NCBI GenBank assembly: GCA_016928395.1
Contig: JAFGKV010000063.1
Location: 48,106 to 68,105 of the forward strand
Length of the DNA stretch: 20,000 nucleotides
Direction of reading: 5' to 3'
Origin: Candidatus Fermentibacterota bacterium
Lineage (GTDB): Bacteria; JAFGKV01
Positions 1 through 7,864 of this stretch are shown here, one piece after another; positions within the stretch are counted from its first letter, which is position 1, and each line of letters begins with the position of its first letter. The translations under genes and the position numbers were made by a program. A model generated the notes under the pieces. The model was not told the origin of the DNA. It ran no database searches and was given only the letters and a program-made list of their open reading frames with translations.

Positions 1-31
1 GCGGCTGTACCTCCAGTGAAATCCTCTCCAT
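1..31 (-). CDS. 5' fragment of a gene running off the window (MERISLEVQP...); resembles the N-terminus of ribosomal protein L25/general stress protein Ctc
   Basis: ATG at 31-29 is preceded by GGAAGG, a SD-like motif, and the frame is open to the window edge. M-x-x-I-x-L-x-V-x-x-(R) resembles L25 N-termini. Only 10 codons are visible; an alternative in-frame ATG lies at 46. Confidence 0.35.
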   Translation of the reverse strand, partial: MERISLEVQP

Positions 32-269
32 GTTCCAACCTTCCATGTGGTGCAGACAGGTACCGCTACCCCAGTATGGCGCGTGCCATCGTTGCGTCGG
101 CCCTGCTGAACGGAAATGACGCGGTGTGGCCGACCGTCGATCTCGTACGAATCCGGTCTCCTATCGACACCCGTGCGACTGAGTGGTGCACAGGGATGCG
201 GCACACCATCGCTCTCATGAGATCGCGCGATGCCAAGTGGCCTTATGGATAGCCGCTCCAAAAAAGGGT

Positions 270-289
270 ACTTGACTGTACCGTCAAGT
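270..289. promoter_or_regulatory. Perfect palindrome ACTTGAC-N6-GTCAAGT, candidate operator
   Basis: 7-bp perfect inverted repeat in the intergenic region between the GAF gene end and the left-edge gene. Each arm contains a TTGAC (-35-like) element. Confidence 0.35.
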
Positions 290-356
290 CTAGAGAACCA
301 CGCACGCACCGCGACGAAGTGCGGTGTGACCATGAAAGCCCCCACGCCAGTGAACA

Positions 357-887
357 TCAACCCGTCTTCGTCGGAGTGCCGTGCCCAGTCGTGGCCGACG
401 AAGCGTCAATGAGGGTCAGGCGGAATCGGTCAACGGCTCCCGCTGCGGTGGCGGCGATTGCCTCCAGAAGTTCCCTGTCCCGGTCTCCGAACCGTCGAGG
501 CTGATGCGAGTCGATGTCGAGTTCTCCTACGATGTGTCCGGCCGCCCGTACTGGTACTACGATCTCTGACTTCACCGCGAAACTGCAGGCGAGGTAGTTG
601 CACTCCCGTGCTACATCATACACTACCACCGTGCGGGACTCGGCGGCTGCCTGCCCACAGATACCATGGCCGAAGGGGATGCGGGTGTGCTCGGTTGGTT
701 CGCCCACAAACGGCCCCAGGACCAGCTCCCGCGGATGGAGCGGGTCGACCACATAGAACCCCACCCAGTCATAGCCATCACACTGTGCAGCCAGAATACG
801 GCAGATCTCCAAGAGTTGCTCCACGGCGGAGGAGTTCTCGGAGGCAATCTCATCGATGCTCCGCAAGAGACCCGCGTCATGCCCCAT
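357..887 (-). CDS. msrC: GAF-domain protein, free methionine-(R)-sulfoxide reductase (MsrC/YebR family)
   Basis: Motifs DWVGFY, LGPFVG, RIPFGHGICG, YLACS, KSEIVVP and GELDIDS are typical of fRMsr. Start reassigned to ATG 887 because GGAGG lies just upstream of it. Confidence 0.85.
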   Translation of the reverse strand: MGHDAGLLRSIDEIASENSSAVEQLLEICRILAAQCDGYDWVGFYVVDPLHPRELVLGPFVGEPTEHTRIPFGHGICGQAAAESRTVVVYDVARECNYLACSFAVKSEIVVPVRAAGHIVGELDIDSHQPRRFGDRDRELLEAIAATAAGAVDRFRLTLIDASSATTGHGTPTKTG

Positions 888-1145
888 TGTTAACCTCCCG
901 CGCAATGCTTCATGACGGCTCAGCTTTCGGATTCGGTATCGGTAATGGACAGACAATGGTAAAGGACTGAAGGACGCATGTCGTGTGCCCGGTCATCCAA
1001 ACACGGAGTGCGCAAAGTGGGATCCCTGCCCACCAACGGTGAACTGGGGAACAACAGAGACAAAGAACCCCGGCGCGATGGCAGTATGCGCATGTTCCTT
1101 ACCACGCAATCCGAATTAGGAAGCCCAACTCTGGGGTACAGGGCA

Positions 1146-3431
1146 CTAGCGCGCAATGACCCTGACCTCGGCAGATGACTCGTTGCCCACCCGGTCGTGC
1201 GCCGTGATGCGAATCAGATGCTCCCCACGCTCCAACCCCTTGGTCGCCCTGTGAATCCACGTGATCCCCTCCGGGCACGCTGGTACCGGAACACCATCAA
1301 TGTGCATCTGGACGGAGGCGGGATCCACACCCGATCCCCGGTCGCGAACCTGCGCACGGATCACTGCCTTGTTCCGATTGATGACGGCGCGGTCGCCGTA
1401 TAGGAGGCTCACCTCCGGAGCCTCCGGATCGTGCAGAAGCACAAAGGTCCCCAGCCTATCCGTGGATCCCACCATAGCGCGAGAGACCTCATCGCGGGTC
1501 GAGGGCACAAAGTGGTAGCCACTCTCGTGATCCCAACGGAACATGCCGACGCCCCGTATGTCTTCGCTGCCATCCGGAAGTGTGATACCGATCACCACAG
1601 GCCGCTTCAGCGGTGCATTCTCGGGACTGAACTGGTATCCTATACTAAGAGGTGCCATCGCCGAAGGCGGGTGAAGCACCTGAGCATCCACCTTCACATA
1701 GAGGTCGCTGAACACCGCATCGGGACCGGATGAAAGCCACGCGACGCCATCGTCGCTGCTGACCGAAGACTGACCATCCATTGCCAGAGGAGCTACTGGC
1801 ACAAACAGCTCCGCTCTCCCCGATCCTCCCTCCAGACAATCCACCATGAAGATAATCCGGAACCCAGGGGATGCCTGAGGGAACAGAAGTAAATCCATAC
1901 TATAGGTCCGTTCGTCGTCTGCCCTCATGACGGCCCGGCTATATCCCAGGCCGCCGGGGGCGACAAAGGCATGGGGAGCCTGGGATAGATCGTGGGAAGA
2001 GGTGAGGATGATTCGCACGTAGCCATCCACCAGCTCGTGCGAAGCGTCCACATGCACGATACTGGCATCTGTGCCGGGGTCTCCCCGGAAAAATGGCTTG
2101 GAGGCCGCACCCAGTGTATCCTTGGCAAGCACCGACAGCAAAACCCCGGGAGCCGGCCGCCGCACGTGCCAGCGCCGGCCACCCAGCGCGCGGGATTCCA
2201 ACCCGGCCCAACGCCCACCCTTCTTCTGCGAGAAGGACAGCACGCACGAGCCGGGTTCTTCGTCCCCAATGTCCACCTCAAGAGTATCCTCTGAAACCCA
2301 GGTGAGGCCGACGATCTCCGGTGGATGGTTCACCGTCAAAGGAAGAGTGATCGTCGCGCAGTTCCCCGCGATGTCTCCCAGTTGGATCTCAACTGTGTGT
2401 GCGCCATAGTCAAGCCCGCCCAGCCCCGCCCTGATGACCCCATCTCCGGGAGAGTTGTCGTGGAAGCTCAAATGATCTCCCGGCAATCGGTACAAACGCT
2501 CGCACCTGCCGAAGCCGCGCCGGAGAAGATCAGCATCGTACACCAGATGAAGCAGACGAAATTGGGCCTCCGGGAAGCTGTCGTATTCGCGGCGGAAGAT
2601 CTCCTCGCCGTCGATGAAGGTCTGCAAGCGGTACAAGCCCACCTGGTCACCGCCATTGTTGATCCGGTCTCTGGCACGAACGGCCACACCGATTTCTCCC
2701 CACACCTGCAGACTCCCCAGGGCTTCCCATCTGTCGGAACCGCTCACCTTCCGCACCCTGACCGAGAGTGGCTTTGATCGACCATTGATAGAAGCAGTGG
2801 CGGTGAGTGGTGACAGCACCAGCCGGTACACGGTCGGCGCCACTGTATCCGGTACCGCGTACCAGTGGAGCAGGGGATTGATGGCCTCGCCCTCGGGCGA
2901 ATGCACCTCCATGTGCAGATGAGGCGGGCCCGCGCCCGTCCCTCCCGACCGCCCGACCGCATCTCCCCTGGCGACCCTAACTCGGTGTGGCTCCAAGAAG
3001 AAGTCCACCATACAGTGACCGAGTTCATCCTGCATTTCCCTCACGACTGCCTCTACTTGGGGCGCGAATCGCTTCATATGGGCATAGGTCACGATATGGC
3101 CATCGTCCAGGCGGAGAGACAGTGTCCTGCCGTAGCCCCGAGGATCGACACGGACGCGCCACACTGAACCCGAACCCACCGCGGTCAGGACATGGCCGGA
3201 CGTCCCGTAGGTCGAAAGATCGATGCCTGCGTGAAAATGATCGCGACGATACTCGCCAAAGGTGGATGTCACCTTGGTGGGAAACGACAGAGGCCACGGT
3301 CGCTCGTCGGCCGTGTGCTGTGGATCCCCACCACCCGAGGAAGAGGCCAGATTCACTGCGAGGAGAAGCCCGATACCGCCGATACCGAGGGATGAGCCTG
3401 ACGGGACAAGCATCGAAGGGCCTCGCGTCAC
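1146..3431 (-). CDS. Secreted M23-family metallopeptidase with long C-terminal beta/Ig-like extension
   Basis: Contains TSTFGEYR..HFHAGID (HxxxD), GYGR, YAHM and GGTGAGPPHLHME (HxH). N-terminal hydrophobic segment; C-terminal DxGSGVD...G.H.I.I.A.D.VGN Ig-like module. Start codon uncertain (3431 GTG or 3413 ATG). Confidence 0.85.
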   Translation of the reverse strand: MTRGPSMLVPSGSSLGIGGIGLLLAVNLASSSGGGDPQHTADERPWPLSFPTKVTSTFGEYRRDHFHAGIDLSTYGTSGHVLTAVGSGSVWRVRVDPRGYGRTLSLRLDDGHIVTYAHMKRFAPQVEAVVREMQDELGHCMVDFFLEPHRVRVARGDAVGRSGGTGAGPPHLHMEVHSPEGEAINPLLHWYAVPDTVAPTVYRLVLSPLTATASINGRSKPLSVRVRKVSGSDRWEALGSLQVWGEIGVAVRARDRINNGGDQVGLYRLQTFIDGEEIFRREYDSFPEAQFRLLHLVYDADLLRRGFGRCERLYRLPGDHLSFHDNSPGDGVIRAGLGGLDYGAHTVEIQLGDIAGNCATITLPLTVNHPPEIVGLTWVSEDTLEVDIGDEEPGSCVLSFSQKKGGRWAGLESRALGGRRWHVRRPAPGVLLSVLAKDTLGAASKPFFRGDPGTDASIVHVDASHELVDGYVRIILTSSHDLSQAPHAFVAPGGLGYSRAVMRADDERTYSMDLLLFPQASPGFRIIFMVDCLEGGSGRAELFVPVAPLAMDGQSSVSSDDGVAWLSSGPDAVFSDLYVKVDAQVLHPPSAMAPLSIGYQFSPENAPLKRPVVIGITLPDGSEDIRGVGMFRWDHESGYHFVPSTRDEVSRAMVGSTDRLGTFVLLHDPEAPEVSLLYGDRAVINRNKAVIRAQVRDRGSGVDPASVQMHIDGVPVPACPEGITWIHRATKGLERGEHLIRITAHDRVGNESSAEVRVIAR

Positions 3432-3437
3432 CGTACG

Positions 3438-5405
3438 CTATGCACTGGTGTCACGGTGAGCCGGCATGAACGGAACGCTCACTTCCAGCCAGGCTTCAAC
3501 TCGATCCGCTCCCTTCTGCGCGCTGACGTAATCCGCGGTGCGAGCAGCCACCAGGGCAGCATCGTCGCACAGCAGTGATCCGGTTCCCTTCAGCAGTTCT
3601 ACTTCCCTGGCATTGCCTGACGTATCGACCAGCACCTTCACCATGACGGCTCCCAGCTTGAGGAGGGAATCCACCGGCGCGATCTCATGGCAGGTAATCG
3701 TGTCGATGCGCACCACGTGCGGGAGCACATCAATGGCCCTGCCATACGGGGTGGCTCCCATCCCGAAGGCCAGGGAAGCCCATTGTGCGGGTTCTGTGTC
3801 CGGATAGCGTTCGAGGGCTGTCTGAAGAGTGGCCCGGGCCGTGGCGGTATCCCCGAAGGTCTCTGAGGCAATCCACGCCAAGGAAAGAAGCGCCTTGGGC
3901 GCTTGCGCAGACGAGGGAAACGAATCTACCACGGTCTGGAACAGAGTCCTGGCGCTCTGCGGGTCAGCTTCCTGCAACCAGGCCCTCTCTGCGAGGAGGT
4001 ACGTCCACTCCGGGGTACTCAAAGTCCCGGATTCGGGAGGGATCTCGCCCCAGAGCGCGCGCACCGAACGGGCCTGGCGTGAGTGAGAGTACCTCCCCAC
4101 CAGCTCACGATGCAGGCTGTCGGCCTCAGCAGAATCACCACGGGAATTATACACTGTGGCCGCGGCGTACAGCGCTCTGGGGGCCCACACGCTGTCCGCG
4201 TGCTCCGCGCTGGCCAGCAGCAGCAGCGGTAGGGCACTGTCGGGAAGCTGCAGCCGCAGGAGGAACAACTCTGCCAGTTCCATCAGAGCCGACGCCGCGA
4301 CACCGTCTGAGTCTGCCACGGCTGCCCGGAGACGCTCGACATCTCGCAAGGCCTTGGCCCGGCGCCCGGCATCCTCGACCAGAAGGCGTGGCGTCCCCTG
4401 TTTCGACAGATCCTCATACTCGGCCAGAGCACGGGTGAAATCCCGGAGGTCCTTCTCGAGCATAGTCGCCAGCGCCATGCGCGCCCGCTTGGAAACATCT
4501 TCCCTCGGATAGGCCTGTATCACGTCACGCCACGCGTCCTCCGCAGCGGAGAAGTCACCCAGAGCCCGCTGGCTGGATCCGACCGCAAGCCCGACCAACG
4601 CGAGTTCGGAATCAGCCCGGGCAATCTGCCGCAAGCGGCCAAACGCTTCCAACGCCTCCTCGCCTCTGCCCATGCGGGCCAGGGCCTCGCCCATGAGAAG
4701 CCGAGCCTGGAAGCGGAGATTACGGTTGGGGGCGACCCGATCGCCCTCCTGGAACCATCGGAACGCCTGATCGTCGTCTCCTCCGGCAGCCAGGCAACGA
4801 CCGCGAAGAAGGTGGGCAACACTCAGAATGTCCCGCCGATGTGACCTGGAGAGGAGGGTGTCCAGTCGCGCCAGAGCATCGGCACACGATCCTCGGCTTT
4901 CCCCTATTTCAGCGTAGAGCAGGGCTGCACGCTCATGCCATTGGCTCCATGACCCGGCGGCGCCAAGATGTTCCTCGATGACGCTCTCGGCTACCTCGAA
5001 CTGGCCCAGCTTCGCACGTGCCTGCGCTTCGTGATACATTGAGGCCGCGGCATACTCCGTGGAGGGGAAGAACCGTCTAAGCTCCGCATACTTCTCGGCC
5101 GCCGCATTGTGCTGTTCCTTGAGGGCCAGCGCCCGGGCCATGAGAAAGAGCGCGTCATCGGCCAGGCCGCTCCCGGGATGACGGGCAAGGATGACGGCAC
5201 ACTTCTCCAGGCATTGCTCAAGATAGGCCAGCTCCTGCGAACTCGGGGAACTCCCCGGTGCCCTCTGAGCGCGCAGCTCCTCCGCACCGCGGAATGCACG
5301 ACGGGCATTGTAGTAGGTGTTGAAGCGCACACACGCGACCGACACCAGTGCACTTGCCAGGATCACAGGCGCCGCAAGACGGAGACAGCGATGTGTGCGT
5401 GTCAC
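3438..5405 (-). CDS. Tetratricopeptide-repeat lipoprotein (BamD/YbgF-like repeats) with C-terminal TonB_C-like domain
   Basis: Signal peptide ends in VSVAC (lipobox-like), followed by RFNTYYNA. Many TPR units with Y/F-P-x-S/T loops. C-terminus GAVMVKVLVDTSGNAREVELLKGTG..DDAALVAAR..V.VPF matches the TonB C-terminal pattern. GTG start with GGAG SD. Confidence 0.75.
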   Translation of the reverse strand: MTRTHRCLRLAAPVILASALVSVACVRFNTYYNARRAFRGAEELRAQRAPGSSPSSQELAYLEQCLEKCAVILARHPGSGLADDALFLMARALALKEQHNAAAEKYAELRRFFPSTEYAAASMYHEAQARAKLGQFEVAESVIEEHLGAAGSWSQWHERAALLYAEIGESRGSCADALARLDTLLSRSHRRDILSVAHLLRGRCLAAGGDDDQAFRWFQEGDRVAPNRNLRFQARLLMGEALARMGRGEEALEAFGRLRQIARADSELALVGLAVGSSQRALGDFSAAEDAWRDVIQAYPREDVSKRARMALATMLEKDLRDFTRALAEYEDLSKQGTPRLLVEDAGRRAKALRDVERLRAAVADSDGVAASALMELAELFLLRLQLPDSALPLLLLASAEHADSVWAPRALYAAATVYNSRGDSAEADSLHRELVGRYSHSRQARSVRALWGEIPPESGTLSTPEWTYLLAERAWLQEADPQSARTLFQTVVDSFPSSAQAPKALLSLAWIASETFGDTATARATLQTALERYPDTEPAQWASLAFGMGATPYGRAIDVLPHVVRIDTITCHEIAPVDSLLKLGAVMVKVLVDTSGNAREVELLKGTGSLLCDDAALVAARTADYVSAQKGADRVEAWLEVSVPFMPAHRDTSA

Positions 5406-5412
5406 GCTCCAA

Positions 5413-6840
5413 CTATCCCTTGAGGCAACCCAGCGGCTTCACGCGTGCGACCGTGGTGCAGATGCCGGCCCCGGTCACGGCCTCCACCACGGTTGACACA
5501 TCCTTGTATGCCTCAGGCATCTCTTCCTCCAGGGTACCCCTACCGGTGGCGATGACATACACGCCCTGTCGAGCCAGTTCCTGGGCGATGGATCTGCCCC
5601 GAGCCCGCTGCACGGCCTTCTTGCGGCTCAACATGCGGCCGGCCCCGTGACACGCGGACCCAAAAGTCTCCGTCATGGCTTTCTGGGTACCCAGCAAGAC
5701 ATAGGAGTACCGACCCATGTCGCCGGGCACCAAAACTGGCTGGCCGTAGTCTCGGTACCGGGCGGGCACCTCCGCCCGATGTGGCCCAAAGGCTCTGGTT
5801 GCACCCTTTCGATGGACACACACTGTCGTCGGCACAGCGTCCACCACGTGCTCCTCCATCTTGGCGATGTTGTGGGCAACCTCATAGACCGTCCAGATCT
5901 CTACACGACGTTCGCCGAAGAGCGTGCCGATGGCCGTCCGGCTTCCGTGAGCGAGGAGTTGCCGGTTGGCAAAGGCATAGTTCACTGCCGCGCCCATCGC
6001 GCCCACATAGGCCTGCCCTTCAGGGGACTTCACCGGGGCACAGCACAACTGCCGGTCAGGAAGGGCAATGCCGTATTTCGCCGATGCCTTGAGCATGATG
6101 TGGATGTAATCATCACACACCTGATACCCAAGCCCTCGCGATCCTGAGTGAATGCACAAGGTCACTGATCCGGGAGTCAGGCCCATGCTCGCCGCCGCGT
6201 CGACATCAGCGATTTCGTCCACATAGCCCACCTCCACAAAGTGATTACCCGAACCCAGCGTGCCAAGCTGAGGTCGCCCGCGATCCAACGCCCGCGGGCT
6301 CAGTCGGCCGGGATCCGCCCCGGCCATACAACCGCCCTCCTCGATGGCATCAAGATCGTCCGGTTGGCCGTAGCCCGCCTCGATGGCCCACTGAGCGCCC
6401 TCCACCAGCACCCGGCGCTCGTCCGCCTTTGACAGCCGCATCGTCGACATTGATCCAACCCCACTGGGGATGACTGCGGCCAAGGCGGTGATGACCTCGC
6501 GTATTCGCGGCTCCACTTCCTCGCGGGAGAGATTCGTCCCCATCAGCCGGACGCCGCAGTTGATGTCATACCCCACCCCTCCGGGCGATATCACGCCGGT
6601 ATCGACGTCAAAGGCTGCAACACCGCCGATGGGAAAACCATAGCCCCAATGGATATCAGGCATGGCGAGGCTTCTACCGACAATACCAGGCAGCGTGGCG
6701 ACGTTCTGAACCTGCTCGGCCGCCTTGTCACCCACGATCTGGGGCAGAAGCTCCTCGGAAGCGTAGATCAAACCTGGGACCCGCATACTGCCGGTTCTGG
6801 GGATCTCCCAGCGATAGGCATCGATGCGATGAAGGTGCAT
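5413..6840 (-). CDS. rtcB: RtcB family RNA ligase (archaeal/long type)
   Basis: Catalytic motifs MPDIHWGYGFPIGGVAA, SPGGVGYDINCGVR, LGSGNHF, IHSGSRG, AHNIAK, VHRKGATRA, PGDMG, CHGAGR and EEMPEAYKD; 475 aa; AAGGA SD. Confidence 0.97.
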   Translation of the reverse strand: MHLHRIDAYRWEIPRTGSMRVPGLIYASEELLPQIVGDKAAEQVQNVATLPGIVGRSLAMPDIHWGYGFPIGGVAAFDVDTGVISPGGVGYDINCGVRLMGTNLSREEVEPRIREVITALAAVIPSGVGSMSTMRLSKADERRVLVEGAQWAIEAGYGQPDDLDAIEEGGCMAGADPGRLSPRALDRGRPQLGTLGSGNHFVEVGYVDEIADVDAAASMGLTPGSVTLCIHSGSRGLGYQVCDDYIHIMLKASAKYGIALPDRQLCCAPVKSPEGQAYVGAMGAAVNYAFANRQLLAHGSRTAIGTLFGERRVEIWTVYEVAHNIAKMEEHVVDAVPTTVCVHRKGATRAFGPHRAEVPARYRDYGQPVLVPGDMGRYSYVLLGTQKAMTETFGSACHGAGRMLSRKKAVQRARGRSIAQELARQGVYVIATGRGTLEEEMPEAYKDVSTVVEAVTGAGICTTVARVKPLGCLKG

Positions 6841-7048
6841 GTACTATCCTTCGGCAGGCGAAGTGGTGGTCACGGTGAATGCCTTGACCCGCCAAGCAAG
6901 AGTCTGTGACACCGGGACGTCAAGGGTCGAATTGGTCCGTTCAGGTAAGAACCCGTAGCATCTCCACAGGATCCCATGAAGGTGATCTTCTGGACTCGAT
7001 CGCACGAAAAACAACTGTCCTACGACGTCACGGACGGCAGGATGGAAT

Positions 7049-7233
7049 GGCCGTCCTTACGGTGCTGGTTGCCATCAGGCCGAACTCAGAGCCCCGAAAG
7101 ACATGACGGCGCTCGGTGCCCTCACCGGCCGGCTTGAACCCTTGGATCCTATTCCCTCCACCTTGGCCATCTCCGTCTGAAGTGAGTATGGTTCCCCTCT
7201 GCTACGGGTAGATCAGCGTCGTTGCGCTGGGCC
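7049..7233 (+). ncRNA. Putative structured ncRNA, 6S RNA-like rod
   Basis: Hand-derived pairing: 7059-7070 with 7211-7222 (12 contiguous bp including G-U), 7079-7088 with 7183-7192 (one mismatch), and 7105-7109 with 7173-7177, leaving an internal bubble. G-U pairs favour the + strand; length ~185 nt. Possible weak promoter CTGTCC(7015)-17-CAGGAT(7038). Not tested with a covariance model. Confidence 0.4.
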
Positions 7234-7319
7234 GCGTGTCATCACATGACCATAAGGATTATCGCATGGGACACTCGAGTTGCGCGAGTGTCAGTCGTCG
7301 TATCGACGCGAGGGTCTGG

Positions 7320-7348
7320 TTGACGAGAGAGCTTCATTGTGCTATTCT
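7320..7348 (+). promoter_or_regulatory. Sigma70-type promoter TTGACG-17-TATTCT with extended -10 TG
   Basis: TTGACG at 7320-7325, exactly 17-nt spacer, TGc-TATTCT at 7340-7348, about 80 nt upstream of the lipoprotein start. Confidence 0.7.
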
Positions 7349-7404
7349 GCAGGGGTTAGGCCTTTCCATCGGTTCCGTACACGACGGTGTCGGTGGTCAG
7401 GTCC

Positions 7405-7426
7405 GGGTTTTTGTCGAAGGAGACCC
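7405..7426 (+). promoter_or_regulatory. SD-sequestering hairpin (fourU-thermometer-like)
   Basis: GGGTTTTT (7405-7412) pairs with GGAGACCC (7419-7426), and the U-run pairs directly with the GGAG SD of the 7430 gene. Confidence 0.4.
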
Positions 7427-7429
7427 TAA

Positions 7430-7705
7430 ATGCTCGTTCGATTCATCATGGTCGCATTCATGGCTATCGCCATCGTGGCCGCCTGTCAGCCCAAATCCCA
7501 GGAACAAGTGCCGCCGACCCCCAGCCCCGCGCTTCAGGTGGCTCCCCGCGTCGCGCCGGATACGGCCGACGTCGCGGCAGATACCGTGGAGGGCATCGCC
7601 AGTGATGCTGCTGATGCGGCAGAAGAAGCAGCCAGTGATGCTGCTGATGCGGCAGAGGAAGCAGCCAGTGATGCTGCTGATGCCGTGAAGGAAGCTACCG
7701 ACTAG
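7430..7705 (+). CDS. Small acidic Ala/Asp/Glu-rich lipoprotein with 11-residue repeats
   Basis: AAGGAG SD, hydrophobic signal peptide with lipobox-like VAAC, Pro-rich linker, and ASDAADAAEEA x3. Has its own promoter and terminator. Confidence 0.8.
   Translation: MLVRFIMVAFMAIAIVAACQPKSQEQVPPTPSPALQVAPRVAPDTADVAADTVEGIASDAADAAEEAASDAADAAEEAASDAADAVKEATD
7598..7696 (+). repeat. Three tandem 33-bp coding repeats
   Basis: gccagtgatgctgctgatgc(g/c)g... units start at 7598, 7631 and 7664 and are near-identical at DNA level. Confidence 0.9.
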
Positions 7706-7729
7706 CCTACGAGTCGCCCGCGATCCCCT

Positions 7730-7768
7730 GGGTGGAACCGCTGGTGTGGCGGTTCCACTCATTCATTT
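7730..7768 (+). terminator. Intrinsic terminator-like hairpin between convergent genes
   Basis: GGGTGGAACCGC / GCGGTTCCACTC 12-bp stem (one G-U) with a 7-nt loop, followed by ATTCATTT; 24 nt after the lipoprotein stop. Confidence 0.65.
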
Positions 7769-7864
7769 CCGCCAGTCCCGACGACCGGGGCCAGGAAATG
7801 CCATGCGGTCTGACGTAGAATGGCTGCCTCGCGGCCCAGCTCGACCCCTGCGTTCTCGTTCGCC

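Noticed and set aside
888..1145. Intergenic region and short ORFs (920..1156, 978..1178) between the M23 and GAF genes
   Set aside because: No convincing protein features, RNA motif or strong terminator was found by eye.
6865..6900. Possible sigma54 promoter for rtcB (TTGGCGGGTCAAGGCA on the minus strand)
   Set aside because: GG-to-GC spacing is 9 nt rather than the required 10, and no RtcR is present in the window.
6844..7056. Minus-strand open frame ending VKAFTVTTTSPAEG just before rtcB, considered as an archease remnant
   Set aside because: It has no ATG or clear SD, is too short, and lacks the HTAD, KAxTYH and terminal D-V/I motifs.
7110..7165. tRNA/tmRNA-like fragments (GGGTTCAAG on minus, CTCCACC on plus) and SAM-I-like GGTGGAGGGA
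   Set aside because: No T-stem or cloverleaf can be built, and the remaining SAM-I conserved segments are absent.
7598..7696. 33-bp repeats considered as a CRISPR array
   Set aside because: The repeats are tandem with no spacers, lie in frame inside a CDS, and no cas genes are present.
7236..7762. Alternative ORFs 7236..7688 (+) and 7397..7762 (-)
   Set aside because: They are shadow frames kept open by the repeat; the 7430 ORF has the SD, promoter and signal peptide.
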